64,000 nucleotides of DNA, taken from Myxococcota bacterium. GTDB lineage: Bacteria > Myxococcota > B64-G9. The DNA is taken from positions 117,547 to 181,546 of the forward strand of contig JAKLGA010000009.1 in assembly GCA_022710975.1 (NCBI GenBank), given 5' to 3'. The translations under genes were made by a program, and so were the position numbers. The notes beneath the pieces are model-generated. The model was given only the letters and a program-made list of their open reading frames with translations, was not told the origin of the DNA and did no database searches. Below, piece after piece: positions 1-8,835 of the stretch; the first letter of the stretch is position 1; each line of letters starts with the position of its first letter.

Positions 1-1
1 G

Positions 2-1753
2 ATGCACGAGAAGACCTTCCGCCGGGCCTGCTCGCGGGCCGGGCTCAACCAGTACCTGATGCAGATGGTCAACATCCGCGAGCAGTGCTCCTGGGTGACC
101 GAGGACAAGGTCCAGGCCACCGACAAGGCCCAGGCGCTGGTCGCCGGCGGCGTGGGCAAGGCCTGCTTCCTGCGCCCGATCAACGAGCGCGAGGTGTCGG
201 TCAGCCAGAACGTGCTGGTGGTCGGAGGCGGCATCGCCGGGATCCAGGCCGCCCTGCAGTGCGCGGACGCCGGATTTCACGTCTACCTGGTGGAGCGGAA
301 GCAGTCGATCGGCGGCCACATGGCCATGTTCGACAAGACCTTCCCGACCCTGGACTGCGCGGCCTGCATCCTGACCCCCAAGATGGTCACCGTGGGGCAG
401 CACCCCAACATCACCCTGATGATCAACTCGGAGGTGGCCGAGGTGGGCGGCTACGTCGGCAACCTCAAGGTCAAGGTGCGCCGCAAGGCCAGCTACGTCG
501 ACCACTCCAAGTGCAACGGCTGCGGCATCTGCATGGAGAAGTGCCCGGGCAAGGCGACCAACGAGTTCGAGCAGGGCCACGGCAACCGCAAGGCCATCTA
601 CACCATGTTCCCCCAGGCCGTGCCCAACAAGCCCATCATCGACAAGGCGGCCTGCCGCTACTTCACCACCGGCAAGTGCGGCGTGTGCGAGAAGTTCTGC
701 AAGAACAACGCGATCGACTTCAAGCAGGAGGAGCGGCTGGAGGAGATCGAGGTCGGGGCGGTGGTGCTGGCCACCGGCCACCAGGTGTACGACGGGGCCA
801 AGGTCACCCGCTACGGCCTCGGCAAGCTGCCCAACGTGATCTCGGCCCTCGAGTTCGAGCGCATGGTGAACGCCGGTGGCTTCACCAAGGGAGAGATCAA
901 GCTGGCCGACGGCAGCCACCCCAAGGCCGTGGGCATCATCCACTGCACCGGCAGCCGCGACTCCAACCACATGGTGCACTGCTCCTCGGTCTGCTGCATG
1001 TACTCGATGAAGTTCGCCCACCTGATCCGCGAGCACTCCGGCGCCGAGGTGTACAACTTCTACATCGATCTGCGCTGCGTGGGTAAGGGCTACGAGGAGT
1101 TCTACAACCGCATGCTCGAGGAGGGGGTGCACTTCATCCGCGGCAAGGTGGCCGAGGTCTCGAACGACGCCCGCGACCCGAGCGAGGAGGGCAAGCTCAT
1201 CGCCCGGGTGGAGGACACCCTGGCCGGGGTGGTGCGGCGCATCCCGCTGGACATGGTCATCCTGGCCAACGGGATCAGCGCCCAGCCCGACGCGGACGAC
1301 GTGGGCCGCCTGTTCGGCGTCTCGCGCAACGCCGGCGGCTTCTTCATCGAGCAGCACCCCAAGCTGAACCCGTTCGGCACCCCCAACGGCAGCGTGTTCA
1401 TCGCCGGCACCTGCGCCGGGCCCAAGGACATCCCCAACGCGGTGTCCCAGGGCGCCGCGGCCGCGGCCGGCGCCATGACCGTGCTCCGGCAGGGCAAGGT
1501 GCTGCTCGAGTCCACCGCGGCCCGGGTGAACACCGACCTGTGCTCGGGCTGCCGCACCTGCCTGGACATCTGCCCCTACCGCGCCATCTCCTTCGACGAG
1601 GAGCTGAAGCAGGCGCGGGTGGACGAGACCATGTGCCGCGGCTGCGGCACCTGCGTGGCGGCCTGCCCCTCGGGCGCCATCGAGGGCCGGCACTTCACCG
1701 ACGAGCAAATCGCCTCCGAGATCGAGGGCTTGATGCGCACGCTGGGGGCCTGA
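2..1753 (+). CDS. HdrA-like FAD/4Fe-4S flavoprotein (heterodisulfide reductase subunit A family), 5'-truncated by window edge
   Basis: Glycine-rich dinucleotide motif VVGGGIAGIQAA, multiple CxxCxxC ferredoxin motifs (CNGCGICMEKCP, CSGCRTCLDICP, CRGCGTCVAACP); overall layout matches HdrA. No start codon because the ORF runs off the 5' edge. Confidence 0.8.
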   Translation: MHEKTFRRACSRAGLNQYLMQMVNIREQCSWVTEDKVQATDKAQALVAGGVGKACFLRPINEREVSVSQNVLVVGGGIAGIQAALQCADAGFHVYLVERKQSIGGHMAMFDKTFPTLDCAACILTPKMVTVGQHPNITLMINSEVAEVGGYVGNLKVKVRRKASYVDHSKCNGCGICMEKCPGKATNEFEQGHGNRKAIYTMFPQAVPNKPIIDKAACRYFTTGKCGVCEKFCKNNAIDFKQEERLEEIEVGAVVLATGHQVYDGAKVTRYGLGKLPNVISALEFERMVNAGGFTKGEIKLADGSHPKAVGIIHCTGSRDSNHMVHCSSVCCMYSMKFAHLIREHSGAEVYNFYIDLRCVGKGYEEFYNRMLEEGVHFIRGKVAEVSNDARDPSEEGKLIARVEDTLAGVVRRIPLDMVILANGISAQPDADDVGRLFGVSRNAGGFFIEQHPKLNPFGTPNGSVFIAGTCAGPKDIPNAVSQGAAAAAGAMTVLRQGKVLLESTAARVNTDLCSGCRTCLDICPYRAISFDEELKQARVDETMCRGCGTCVAACPSGAIEGRHFTDEQIASEIEGLMRTLGA

Positions 1754-1881
1754 GCCCCGCACCGGCCCGGCCCGGGTCGAGCGCTCGCTCTCCGGCACCC
1801 CGGCCTGGGCGCGCTGCCCGGGGTGGCAAATCTCCGCCTGGCGGGTTAAGGTCCTGCAGGGGAGGAGAGAGGGCGCCCGAC

Positions 1882-4530
1882 ATGCTCGCTTCCAGGTTGA
1901 CGACCCTCCTGGGGATCCTCGGAGTCGCCGCGAGCCTGGGCAGCTGCGGCCCCGAGGGCCCCACCCTCCACGAGCGGCTGGGCCCGCTCCGGCCCGCGCA
2001 GCTCGACCGCCAGGGCCGGCCCATCCTGCCCATCTGGGCCACCGAGCAGGAGCGCCTGGCCGCGCTGCGCGCCGCCCCGCCGCCCGCCGATGATCTCAAG
2101 GCCGCGCCCGCCGCGGGCTACCGGGTGCCGGCGGAGTACGAGCCGACGCAGGCCGTGGTCATGACCTACACCTCCTACGACTACCTGCTGGACGAGATCG
2201 CGCCCTACGTGGCCTCGGCCGGGGCCGAGGTCTGGATGGTGGGCGGTCCGGCCAGCATGTCCGGCGTGCCAGCCGCCCAGTACCGCCGGCTCGCCTGGCC
2301 CTACGACTCGGTCTGGTCGCGGGACTACGGCCCGGTCGGCATCGACGAGGCCAGCCACACGCTCGGCATCGTGGATCCCACCTACCGCCACTACGCCAGC
2401 CGGCCGGACGACGACGACATCCCCTGCCGGGTGGCCGTGGAGGCGGGCGCCGCCTGCCACACGACCACGCTCATCCTGGACGGCGGCAACTACATGACCG
2501 ACGGCCGGGGCTCGGTCTTCCTGACCCGGCGCATCTACGACTGGAACAGCCAGCTCAGCGAGGCCCAGGTGAACCAGCTGCTGCGGGACTACCTGGGCGC
2601 CCAGAGCCTGCACGTCTTCGACTACGCCGTGGACGAGTACGGCGATCCGGCCGACGGCACCGGGCACATCGACATGTTCGCCAAGCTGCTGCCCGGTTGC
2701 GTGGTGCTGGTGGTCGACACGGACGACGCGCCCTTCGCCGCGGTGTGCGACGCCGCGGCCGCGACCTTCGCCGGCCTCGAGTGCGTGCCCGGCCAGAACT
2801 ACCAGGTCCTGCGCGTGCCGGGCTGGTACCAGTCGGACGGCTGGTGGGGGGTCTGGTACACGTACACGAACTCGCTCATCATCAACGACACCGTCCTGGT
2901 CCCGTCCTACTCGGGCGGCCAGGACGCAGCGGCTCGCGCCGTCTACCAGCAGGCCCTGCCGGGCTACACCGTCGCGCTGCTCAACACCGACGAGCCCATC
3001 CTGAGCGGCGGCTCCATCCACTGCATCACCAAGGAGATCCCGTTCATCGAGGACCTGGGCTGCGCCACGCCGGCCGACTGCGATCTGCCCCAGGTCGACC
3101 AGCACGCCTGCACGGCCGGGGTGTGCGGCATCGTCAGCTGCGACCCGGGCTACGGCGACTGCGACGGCGCGGCGGACGACGGCTGCGAGCAGGACCTGTG
3201 GCAGGTCGCCGCCTGCGGCACGAGCTGCGCCCGGCTGGTGAACTGCCCGAGCGAGCTGCAGCACGCCGCGGGCGAGGGCTGCGCGGCCGGCGCCTGCGAC
3301 TACGCCAGCTGCGACGCGGGCTACGGCGACTGCGACGGGGAGCGCGAGGACGGCTGCGAGGCGAACCTGTGGCAGCCCGGGGCCTGCGGCACGACCTGCG
3401 CCCAGCGGGTCGACTGCGCGGCCCTGGTGCAGCACGCCACCGGGCTCGCCTGCGCGGCGGGAGCCTGCGACTACGGGGCCTGCGCCGCGCTGTACGGCGA
3501 CTGCGACGGCGACCGGACCAACGGCTGCGAGCTGGATCTCCGCCTGGACGAGGCGCACTGCGGCGGCTGCCTGACGAGCTGCGCGGACGGCGAGGTGTGC
3601 GAGGGCGGCCTGTGCGAGGTCCCGGCCTGCCCCGCGGGCCTCGCGGACTGCGACGGCCAGCCGGGCGACGGCTGCGAGGTCCAGCTCGGCACCGACGCGG
3701 ACTGCGCCGGCTGCGGGGACGACTGCCGGGATCGGTTCGCCCACGCCACCGGCGCGTGCGTCCAGGGCGCCTGCGCGCTGGGCCCGTGCGCGGCCGGCTA
3801 CGGCGACTGCGACGGGAGCGCGGCGGACGGCTGCGAGAGCGAGCACGCCACGGACGAGGCCCACTGCGGCGACTGTCAGACCGCCTGCGCGGCGGGCCAG
3901 ACCTGCGAGGGCGGCCTGTGCCGCGACGAGCCCTGCCCCGCGGGTCTCGAGGACTGCGATGGCCAGCCGGGCAACGGCTGCGAGGTCCAGCTCGGCACCG
4001 ACGCGGACTGCGCCGGCTGCGGGGACGACTGCCGGGGCCTCTTTCCCCACGGGCAGGGCGCCTGCCTGGCCGGCGCCTGCGCGCTGAGCGCCTGCGAGCC
4101 GGGCTTCGCCGACTGCGACCTCGAACCGGCCTCGGGCTGCGAGCGCTCGCTCGCCGAGGCCGGCACCTGCGGGGCCTGCAACCGCGCCTGCGCCGCGGGG
4201 GAGAGCTGCGTGCGCTCGGGCGCGAGCTGGACCTGCCAGGGCGGCTGCGCCGACGGCGACGGCGACGGGTTCGCCGACCAGGCCTGCGGCGGTGCCGACT
4301 GCAACGACCTGGCGCCCGGCGTGAACCCGGACGCCGCGGAGCAGTGCAACCTGGCCGACGACGACTGCGACGGGCAGACGGACGAGGACGGGGTGTGCGA
4401 CCGCCAGCCGGACGATGCCAGCGGCTGCGGCTGCGCGGCGTCGGGCGAAGGCGGTCCGGGCGCGGAGCTCGGCCTGCTGCTGCTCGTCGGCCTGGCGGCC
4501 GTGGGCCGGCGGCGGACGGGAGAGAGCTGA
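1882..4530 (+). CDS. Lipoprotein with agmatine deiminase / Porphyromonas-type peptidyl-arginine deiminase (PAD_porph) catalytic domain, ~6 cysteine-rich repeats, C-terminal MYXO-CTERM
   Basis: ATG at 1882 with lipobox LGSCG. Family motifs WSRDYGP, GGNYMTDGRG, GHIDMF and C-terminal GGSIHCITKE (catalytic Cys). Repeated CxxGYGDCDGxxxDGCE units. C-terminus GCGCAASGEGG + hydrophobic stretch + RRR resembles the MYXO-CTERM sorting signal. Confidence 0.8.
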   Translation: MLASRLTTLLGILGVAASLGSCGPEGPTLHERLGPLRPAQLDRQGRPILPIWATEQERLAALRAAPPPADDLKAAPAAGYRVPAEYEPTQAVVMTYTSYDYLLDEIAPYVASAGAEVWMVGGPASMSGVPAAQYRRLAWPYDSVWSRDYGPVGIDEASHTLGIVDPTYRHYASRPDDDDIPCRVAVEAGAACHTTTLILDGGNYMTDGRGSVFLTRRIYDWNSQLSEAQVNQLLRDYLGAQSLHVFDYAVDEYGDPADGTGHIDMFAKLLPGCVVLVVDTDDAPFAAVCDAAAATFAGLECVPGQNYQVLRVPGWYQSDGWWGVWYTYTNSLIINDTVLVPSYSGGQDAAARAVYQQALPGYTVALLNTDEPILSGGSIHCITKEIPFIEDLGCATPADCDLPQVDQHACTAGVCGIVSCDPGYGDCDGAADDGCEQDLWQVAACGTSCARLVNCPSELQHAAGEGCAAGACDYASCDAGYGDCDGEREDGCEANLWQPGACGTTCAQRVDCAALVQHATGLACAAGACDYGACAALYGDCDGDRTNGCELDLRLDEAHCGGCLTSCADGEVCEGGLCEVPACPAGLADCDGQPGDGCEVQLGTDADCAGCGDDCRDRFAHATGACVQGACALGPCAAGYGDCDGSAADGCESEHATDEAHCGDCQTACAAGQTCEGGLCRDEPCPAGLEDCDGQPGNGCEVQLGTDADCAGCGDDCRGLFPHGQGACLAGACALSACEPGFADCDLEPASGCERSLAEAGTCGACNRACAAGESCVRSGASWTCQGGCADGDGDGFADQACGGADCNDLAPGVNPDAAEQCNLADDDCDGQTDEDGVCDRQPDDASGCGCAASGEGGPGAELGLLLLVGLAAVGRRRTGES

Positions 4531-4602
4531 CGGAGCGGACCTGGCCCTTTGTTGCCAGCGCGGGCGGAATACCACAGAATGGGTCAGCCTCGGGAGGTGC
4601 GC

Positions 4603-5808
4603 ATGGGCCGCAGCGCGTGGGGTGTGCTCGTCCTGGTGCTGGGCGCCTGGCTGACGCTGGCGGGGAATCCTGGCCTGGCACGGGCGGACGGCATGTCCTT
4701 CAGGCTGATCGGCGGCGACGCCGACGTGCGGGCCACGGCCCAGCGGGCCGTCCTGTGGCAACGCGGCGGGACCTGGGAGCTGCACCTGCAGCCGGTCTTC
4801 GCGCGCGGGCAGGGCGCGGCCGCCTGGGTGGTGCCGTTCCCGGTGCGACCCACCGTGTCGGCGGGCAACCCGGACTTCCTCGACCAGCTCGAGGTGGCCA
4901 CCTCGCCGGTCTTCCTGCGGGTGTGCGCCGAGGGCGGCGGCTCCTCCTGCTTCGGCTGCATGGACGCGGCCGGGGTCGGGGACGGGGAGGTGCTGGACGG
5001 CAGCTCCTTCGTGCGGGTCTGGGAGCGGGGCCAGGTGGGCGGGCTGGACTACGCGATCCTCTCGGCCCAGGACGGGGACGACCTGGTGGCCTGGCTGGAC
5101 GCCGAGGGCTTCGAGGTGCCGGCCGCGGCCGCGGAGCTGCTCGCGGACCTGGAGCTGGAGGGCACCTTCTTCTTCGCCGCGCGGCTGGGGGCCACCCTCG
5201 ACCCCAGCCTGCCGCTCGCGCCGGTGCGCTTCGAGCTGCCCGGGCTCGACCCGCCCAGCTACCCGCTGCGGCTGACCGCGGCGGCGGTGCCGGCGGGGCA
5301 GAGCCTGGATCTGACCCTGTGGGTGATCTTCCCGAACAACGAAGGCTGGGTGCCGGACGGCCGCGAGGTGCGGCAGCCCTCCCGGGAGCTCGCGGACCGG
5401 GCGGCCCTGGACGGGGCCCTGGAGGAGCTCTTCGCCGCCGCTCCGGACGCGCTGGTCTTGCTGCACAGCGCGACCCTGGACGAGACTGGCGCCCTCGAGG
5501 GCCAGGTGTGCGAATGGATGCTGCCGTGCGTGGGCTACGCGGAGGTCGGGCTGGAGGCGCCCGCGGCCTGGGCGCCCGAGATGGAGTACCTCCGGAGCCC
5601 GCCCTACCTCGTGGACCGCTACCAGGCCCGGCTGGGGGCGGGCGGCCTGGAGGCAGACCTGCGTTTCCGGCCGCTCGCAGAGAACGAGTACCTCGGGCGG
5701 GTCACCCGCGTGTACACCCGCTTCACCTGCCGCCAGGAGGGCTCGGCCGGCGCCTGGGTGGCGTTGCTGGCGGCGGGCGTGGCGCTCCGCCTGCGCCGGC
5801 GGGCGTGA
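4603..5808 (+). CDS. Exported hypothetical protein (DUF2330-like), first of tandem paralog pair, with C-terminal hydrophobic+Arg-rich tail
   Basis: RBS GGGAGG 6 nt before ATG 4603, signal peptide, conserved block RAVLWQRGGTWELHLQPVF...AAWVVPFPVRP...GNPDFLDQLE shared with the next gene. Ends ...CRQEGSAGAWVALLAAGVALRLRRRA. Confidence 0.6.
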   Translation: MGRSAWGVLVLVLGAWLTLAGNPGLARADGMSFRLIGGDADVRATAQRAVLWQRGGTWELHLQPVFARGQGAAAWVVPFPVRPTVSAGNPDFLDQLEVATSPVFLRVCAEGGGSSCFGCMDAAGVGDGEVLDGSSFVRVWERGQVGGLDYAILSAQDGDDLVAWLDAEGFEVPAAAAELLADLELEGTFFFAARLGATLDPSLPLAPVRFELPGLDPPSYPLRLTAAAVPAGQSLDLTLWVIFPNNEGWVPDGREVRQPSRELADRAALDGALEELFAAAPDALVLLHSATLDETGALEGQVCEWMLPCVGYAEVGLEAPAAWAPEMEYLRSPPYLVDRYQARLGAGGLEADLRFRPLAENEYLGRVTRVYTRFTCRQEGSAGAWVALLAAGVALRLRRRA

Positions 5809-5827
5809 CCGGGTCGGGGAGGCTCGC

Positions 5828-7021
5828 GTGGATCGGCCGGCGTCTCTCGCGCTGCTCGTCGCCCTGCTCGGGGCCGGGTCCGTGGCCCGGGCCGACGGGC
5901 TGGCGTTCCGGGTGGAGGGCGGCCAGGCCGAGGTGCGGCCCACGGCCCAGCGGGCGGTCCTGTGGCTGCGGCGCGGGGTGTGGGAGCTCCACCTGCAGCC
6001 CGTGTTCGAGCGGGAGGCGGGCCGGGCGGCCTGGGTGGTGCCCTTCGCGGTGCGGCCCGAGGTGAGCCTGGGGAACCCCGACTTCCTCGACCAGCTCGAG
6101 CTGCTGACCGCGCCCGTGTTCCTCGAGGTGTGCCGGCCGGAGGAGGAGTCCTGCTTCGGCCAGGGCGGGAGCTCGGACACCGCCGGGGAGGTCCGCGCCG
6201 GGACGGCCGCGCCGGAGGTGTGGGAGCGCGGCCAGGTCGGGACGCTCGACTACGTGATCCTGTCCGCCAGGGACGGAGACGATCTCCTGGCCTGGCTGCG
6301 GGCCGAGGGGTACGCGGTGCCGAACACCGCCATCATCCCCGTGAGGGTCCTGGCCCGGGAGGGCGCCTTCTTCTTCGCCGCCCGGCTGTCCGCCGGCGTC
6401 GATCCGGACCTGCCGCTGCCGAGCCTGCGTTTCCTGCTGCCCGGCCTGCAGAACCCCGCCTACCCGCTGCGCCTGACGGCAGCCGGGGTCCCGGCCGGCG
6501 AGCACCTCGACCTCAGCCTGTGGGTGATCACCCCGCTGGGACAGGACTGGCTGCCCGCGGAGCGCCGCGTCGCCTCGCCGCCACCCGCGCTGGACGATGC
6601 GGCGGCCCTCGACGCGGCCCTGGGGGACATCTACCTGGAGGACCCGGACGGCCTGGCGCTGCTCTACAGCGCTTCGCCGCGGGAGACCGGCGGCTTCGAC
6701 GGCCAGGTGTGCGGCTGGCAGTACGGCTGCGTGGACTTCGCGGCGCTGGGCCTGGCGCGGCCCGACGCCTGGTGCCCGGAGCTGCAGCTCGTGCGGGACG
6801 ACGCCGCCTGGGTGCAGCGGTTCCAGGCGCGCCTGCACGCGACCGGGCTGACCACGGACCTGCGCCTGCGGCCCCGGGCGGCGACCGAGTACCTCGACCG
6901 CGTGGAGCGCGTCTACCTGCGCTGGGTGTGCCGCGACGCCCAGGCCACGTCCGGCTGGTGGGTCCTGCTGGCCCTGGGGCTGGGGCTCGGGCTGCGGCGG
7001 CGCCGGCGCGCTGGCCCTTGA
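5828..7021 (+). CDS. Exported hypothetical protein, tandem paralog of 4603..5808
   Basis: GTG start 20 nt after the previous stop. Same conserved N-terminal blocks. C-terminus CRDAQATSGWWVLLALGLGLGLRRRRRAGP. Confidence 0.6.
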   Translation: MDRPASLALLVALLGAGSVARADGLAFRVEGGQAEVRPTAQRAVLWLRRGVWELHLQPVFEREAGRAAWVVPFAVRPEVSLGNPDFLDQLELLTAPVFLEVCRPEEESCFGQGGSSDTAGEVRAGTAAPEVWERGQVGTLDYVILSARDGDDLLAWLRAEGYAVPNTAIIPVRVLAREGAFFFAARLSAGVDPDLPLPSLRFLLPGLQNPAYPLRLTAAGVPAGEHLDLSLWVITPLGQDWLPAERRVASPPPALDDAAALDAALGDIYLEDPDGLALLYSASPRETGGFDGQVCGWQYGCVDFAALGLARPDAWCPELQLVRDDAAWVQRFQARLHATGLTTDLRLRPRAATEYLDRVERVYLRWVCRDAQATSGWWVLLALGLGLGLRRRRRAGP

Positions 7022-7066
7022 TGCCGGGCGGGATTCGGGACACATTCGGGCAGGAGGAGCGCGGGC

Positions 7067-7726
7067 GTGGCGGCCCCCGAGCGCGACATGGCCGGGTTCA
7101 TCCGCACCCACACCCGGGTGGGCTCGCCGCTCCTCTGCCCGGAGCTCAGGCTGCACCTCATCACCGCCGAGTGCCACCTGTGGCGGGCCGGCGAGGCCGA
7201 GGTGCAGGCGCTCGGCATCCCCGAGCCCTACTGGGCCTTCTGCTGGGCCGGCGGCCAGGCGCTGGCCCGGCACCTGCTCGATCACCCTCAGCTCGCCCGT
7301 GGGCGGCGGGTGCTGGACTTCGGGTCCGGCGGGGCGGTCGAGGGCATCGCCGCGGCCCGGGCCGGCGCCGCGTGCGTGCTGGCCGTGGACATCGACCCCT
7401 GGGCCGCCGAGGCCGCCCGGATGAACGCGGCCCTCAACGGCGTGGCGCTCTCGACCGCCACCCGTGATCCCATCGGGGAGGGCTGCGAGGAGCACGAGCT
7501 GGTGCTGGCCGGCGACGTGGCCTACGAGCCCGCCTTCGCCGGTCGGGTGCTGGCCTGGCTGCGCTCGCTGGCCGGGCAGGGCCGCGAGGTGCTGCTCGCG
7601 GATCCCGGGCGCGGGTACCTGGCGACCGCGGACCTCGAGGCGCTGGCCAACCTGCGCGCCCCGGCGGACGTGGACGACGACGCGAGGCACCTGCGGGAGA
7701 CCACGGTCTACCGCGTGAGGCCCTGA
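7067..7726 (+). CDS. Class I SAM-dependent methyltransferase (COG3897/METTL21-like)
   Basis: Motif I VLDFGSGGAVEG, post-I acidic DIDP, motif LAGDVAYEP. RBS GGAGGAG 7 nt before GTG 7067. Confidence 0.7.
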   Translation: MAAPERDMAGFIRTHTRVGSPLLCPELRLHLITAECHLWRAGEAEVQALGIPEPYWAFCWAGGQALARHLLDHPQLARGRRVLDFGSGGAVEGIAAARAGAACVLAVDIDPWAAEAARMNAALNGVALSTATRDPIGEGCEEHELVLAGDVAYEPAFAGRVLAWLRSLAGQGREVLLADPGRGYLATADLEALANLRAPADVDDDARHLRETTVYRVRP

Positions 7727-7741
7727 GGAGAGGTGACCCGC

Positions 7742-8782
7742 ATGGCCCGGCCCGAGAACCCCGATCCCCTGGCGGCGCTGGCGCCCTGGGCGCTCTCGCC
7801 CCGCGCGGCCGCGCCGATCGTCGCCGGGCACATCAACCTGACCTTCCGAGTGGAGGCTGACCAGGGGCGCTTCGCCCTGCAGTGGGTCAACCCCATCTTC
7901 CGCCCGGAGGTGAACCAGGACATCGAGGCGCTCACCACCCACCTGGCCGGCCAGGGCCTGGTCACCCCGCGCCTGGTGCGCACCCGGGCAGGCGGGCTGT
8001 GGGCGCCCGGGCCGGACGGCGGCGTGTGGCGGGTCATGACCTGGATCGAGGGGGACCTGCTGCTCGAGGCGGACTCGCCCGCGCGGGCCGCGGCGGCCGG
8101 CGAGCTGCTCGGGCGCTTCCACGCCGCCCTGTGGGAGCACCCGCACCGCTTCCTGCACACCCGCCCGGGGGTGCACGACACCCCCGGACACCTGGCGCAC
8201 CTGCGAGCGGCGCTCGCGGCCGGGCGCGGCCACCGGCTGCTCGACCAGGCCGCGCCGCTGGGCGAGGCGATCCTGGCCGCGGCCGGGCGCTGTCCGCTGC
8301 CGGCGGCCCTCCCGGCGCGCATCGTGCACGGCGACCCCAAGCTGTCCAACGTGGTGTTCGGCCCGGACGGCCGGGCCCTGGCGTGGATCGACCTCGACAC
8401 CCTGGCGCGCATGCCGCTCGCGCTCGAGCTCGGCGACGCCTTCCGCTCCTGGTGCAGCCCCCGGGGAGAGGAGGTCGAGGCGGCCTTCGCGCCCGAGTTC
8501 TTCGAGGCCGGCCTGGCGGGCTGGGCGCGGGCGGTCGGCGCGCGGCCGACCCCGGCTGAGCGGGAGGCCATCCCCGGCGCGGTGGAGCTCATCGCCCTGG
8601 AGCTCGCGGCGAGGTTCTGCGCCGACGCCCTGGAGGAGTCCTACTTCGGCTGGGATCGCGGCCGCTACCCGGGCGCCGGCGAGCACAACCTGGCGCGCGC
8701 CCGCGCGCAGCTCGCCCTGGCCCGGTCGGTGCGCGCGCAGCTCGCGGACCTGCACCGCGCGGCCGCGCGCCTGCTGGCTTGA
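7742..8782 (+). CDS. Aminoglycoside phosphotransferase (APH)/homoserine-kinase-II family small-molecule kinase
   Basis: Brenner motif HGDPKLSNVVF and D-x-D motif WIDLDTL. RBS GAGGAGAGG 8 nt before ATG 7742. Confidence 0.7.
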   Translation: MARPENPDPLAALAPWALSPRAAAPIVAGHINLTFRVEADQGRFALQWVNPIFRPEVNQDIEALTTHLAGQGLVTPRLVRTRAGGLWAPGPDGGVWRVMTWIEGDLLLEADSPARAAAAGELLGRFHAALWEHPHRFLHTRPGVHDTPGHLAHLRAALAAGRGHRLLDQAAPLGEAILAAAGRCPLPAALPARIVHGDPKLSNVVFGPDGRALAWIDLDTLARMPLALELGDAFRSWCSPRGEEVEAAFAPEFFEAGLAGWARAVGARPTPAEREAIPGAVELIALELAARFCADALEESYFGWDRGRYPGAGEHNLARARAQLALARSVRAQLADLHRAAARLLA

Positions 8783-8835
8783 CAGACCGCCGCGGGCGGC
8801 CGGATGCTCGCGCGGGGGACGCGGAGGGACCGAGC

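Noticed and set aside
1846-6180. 1444-aa ORF on the minus strand opposite the PAD-like gene and paralogs
   Set aside because: Product is Arg/Ala/Gly/Pro-rich and repetitive with no motifs. Typical antisense open frame in 70% GC DNA. The plus-strand genes have RBSs, signal peptides and catalytic motifs.
5723-8755. 1010-aa minus-strand ORF across the paralog, methyltransferase and kinase genes
   Set aside because: Same reasons: low-complexity R/G/P/A-rich translation antisense to well-supported genes.
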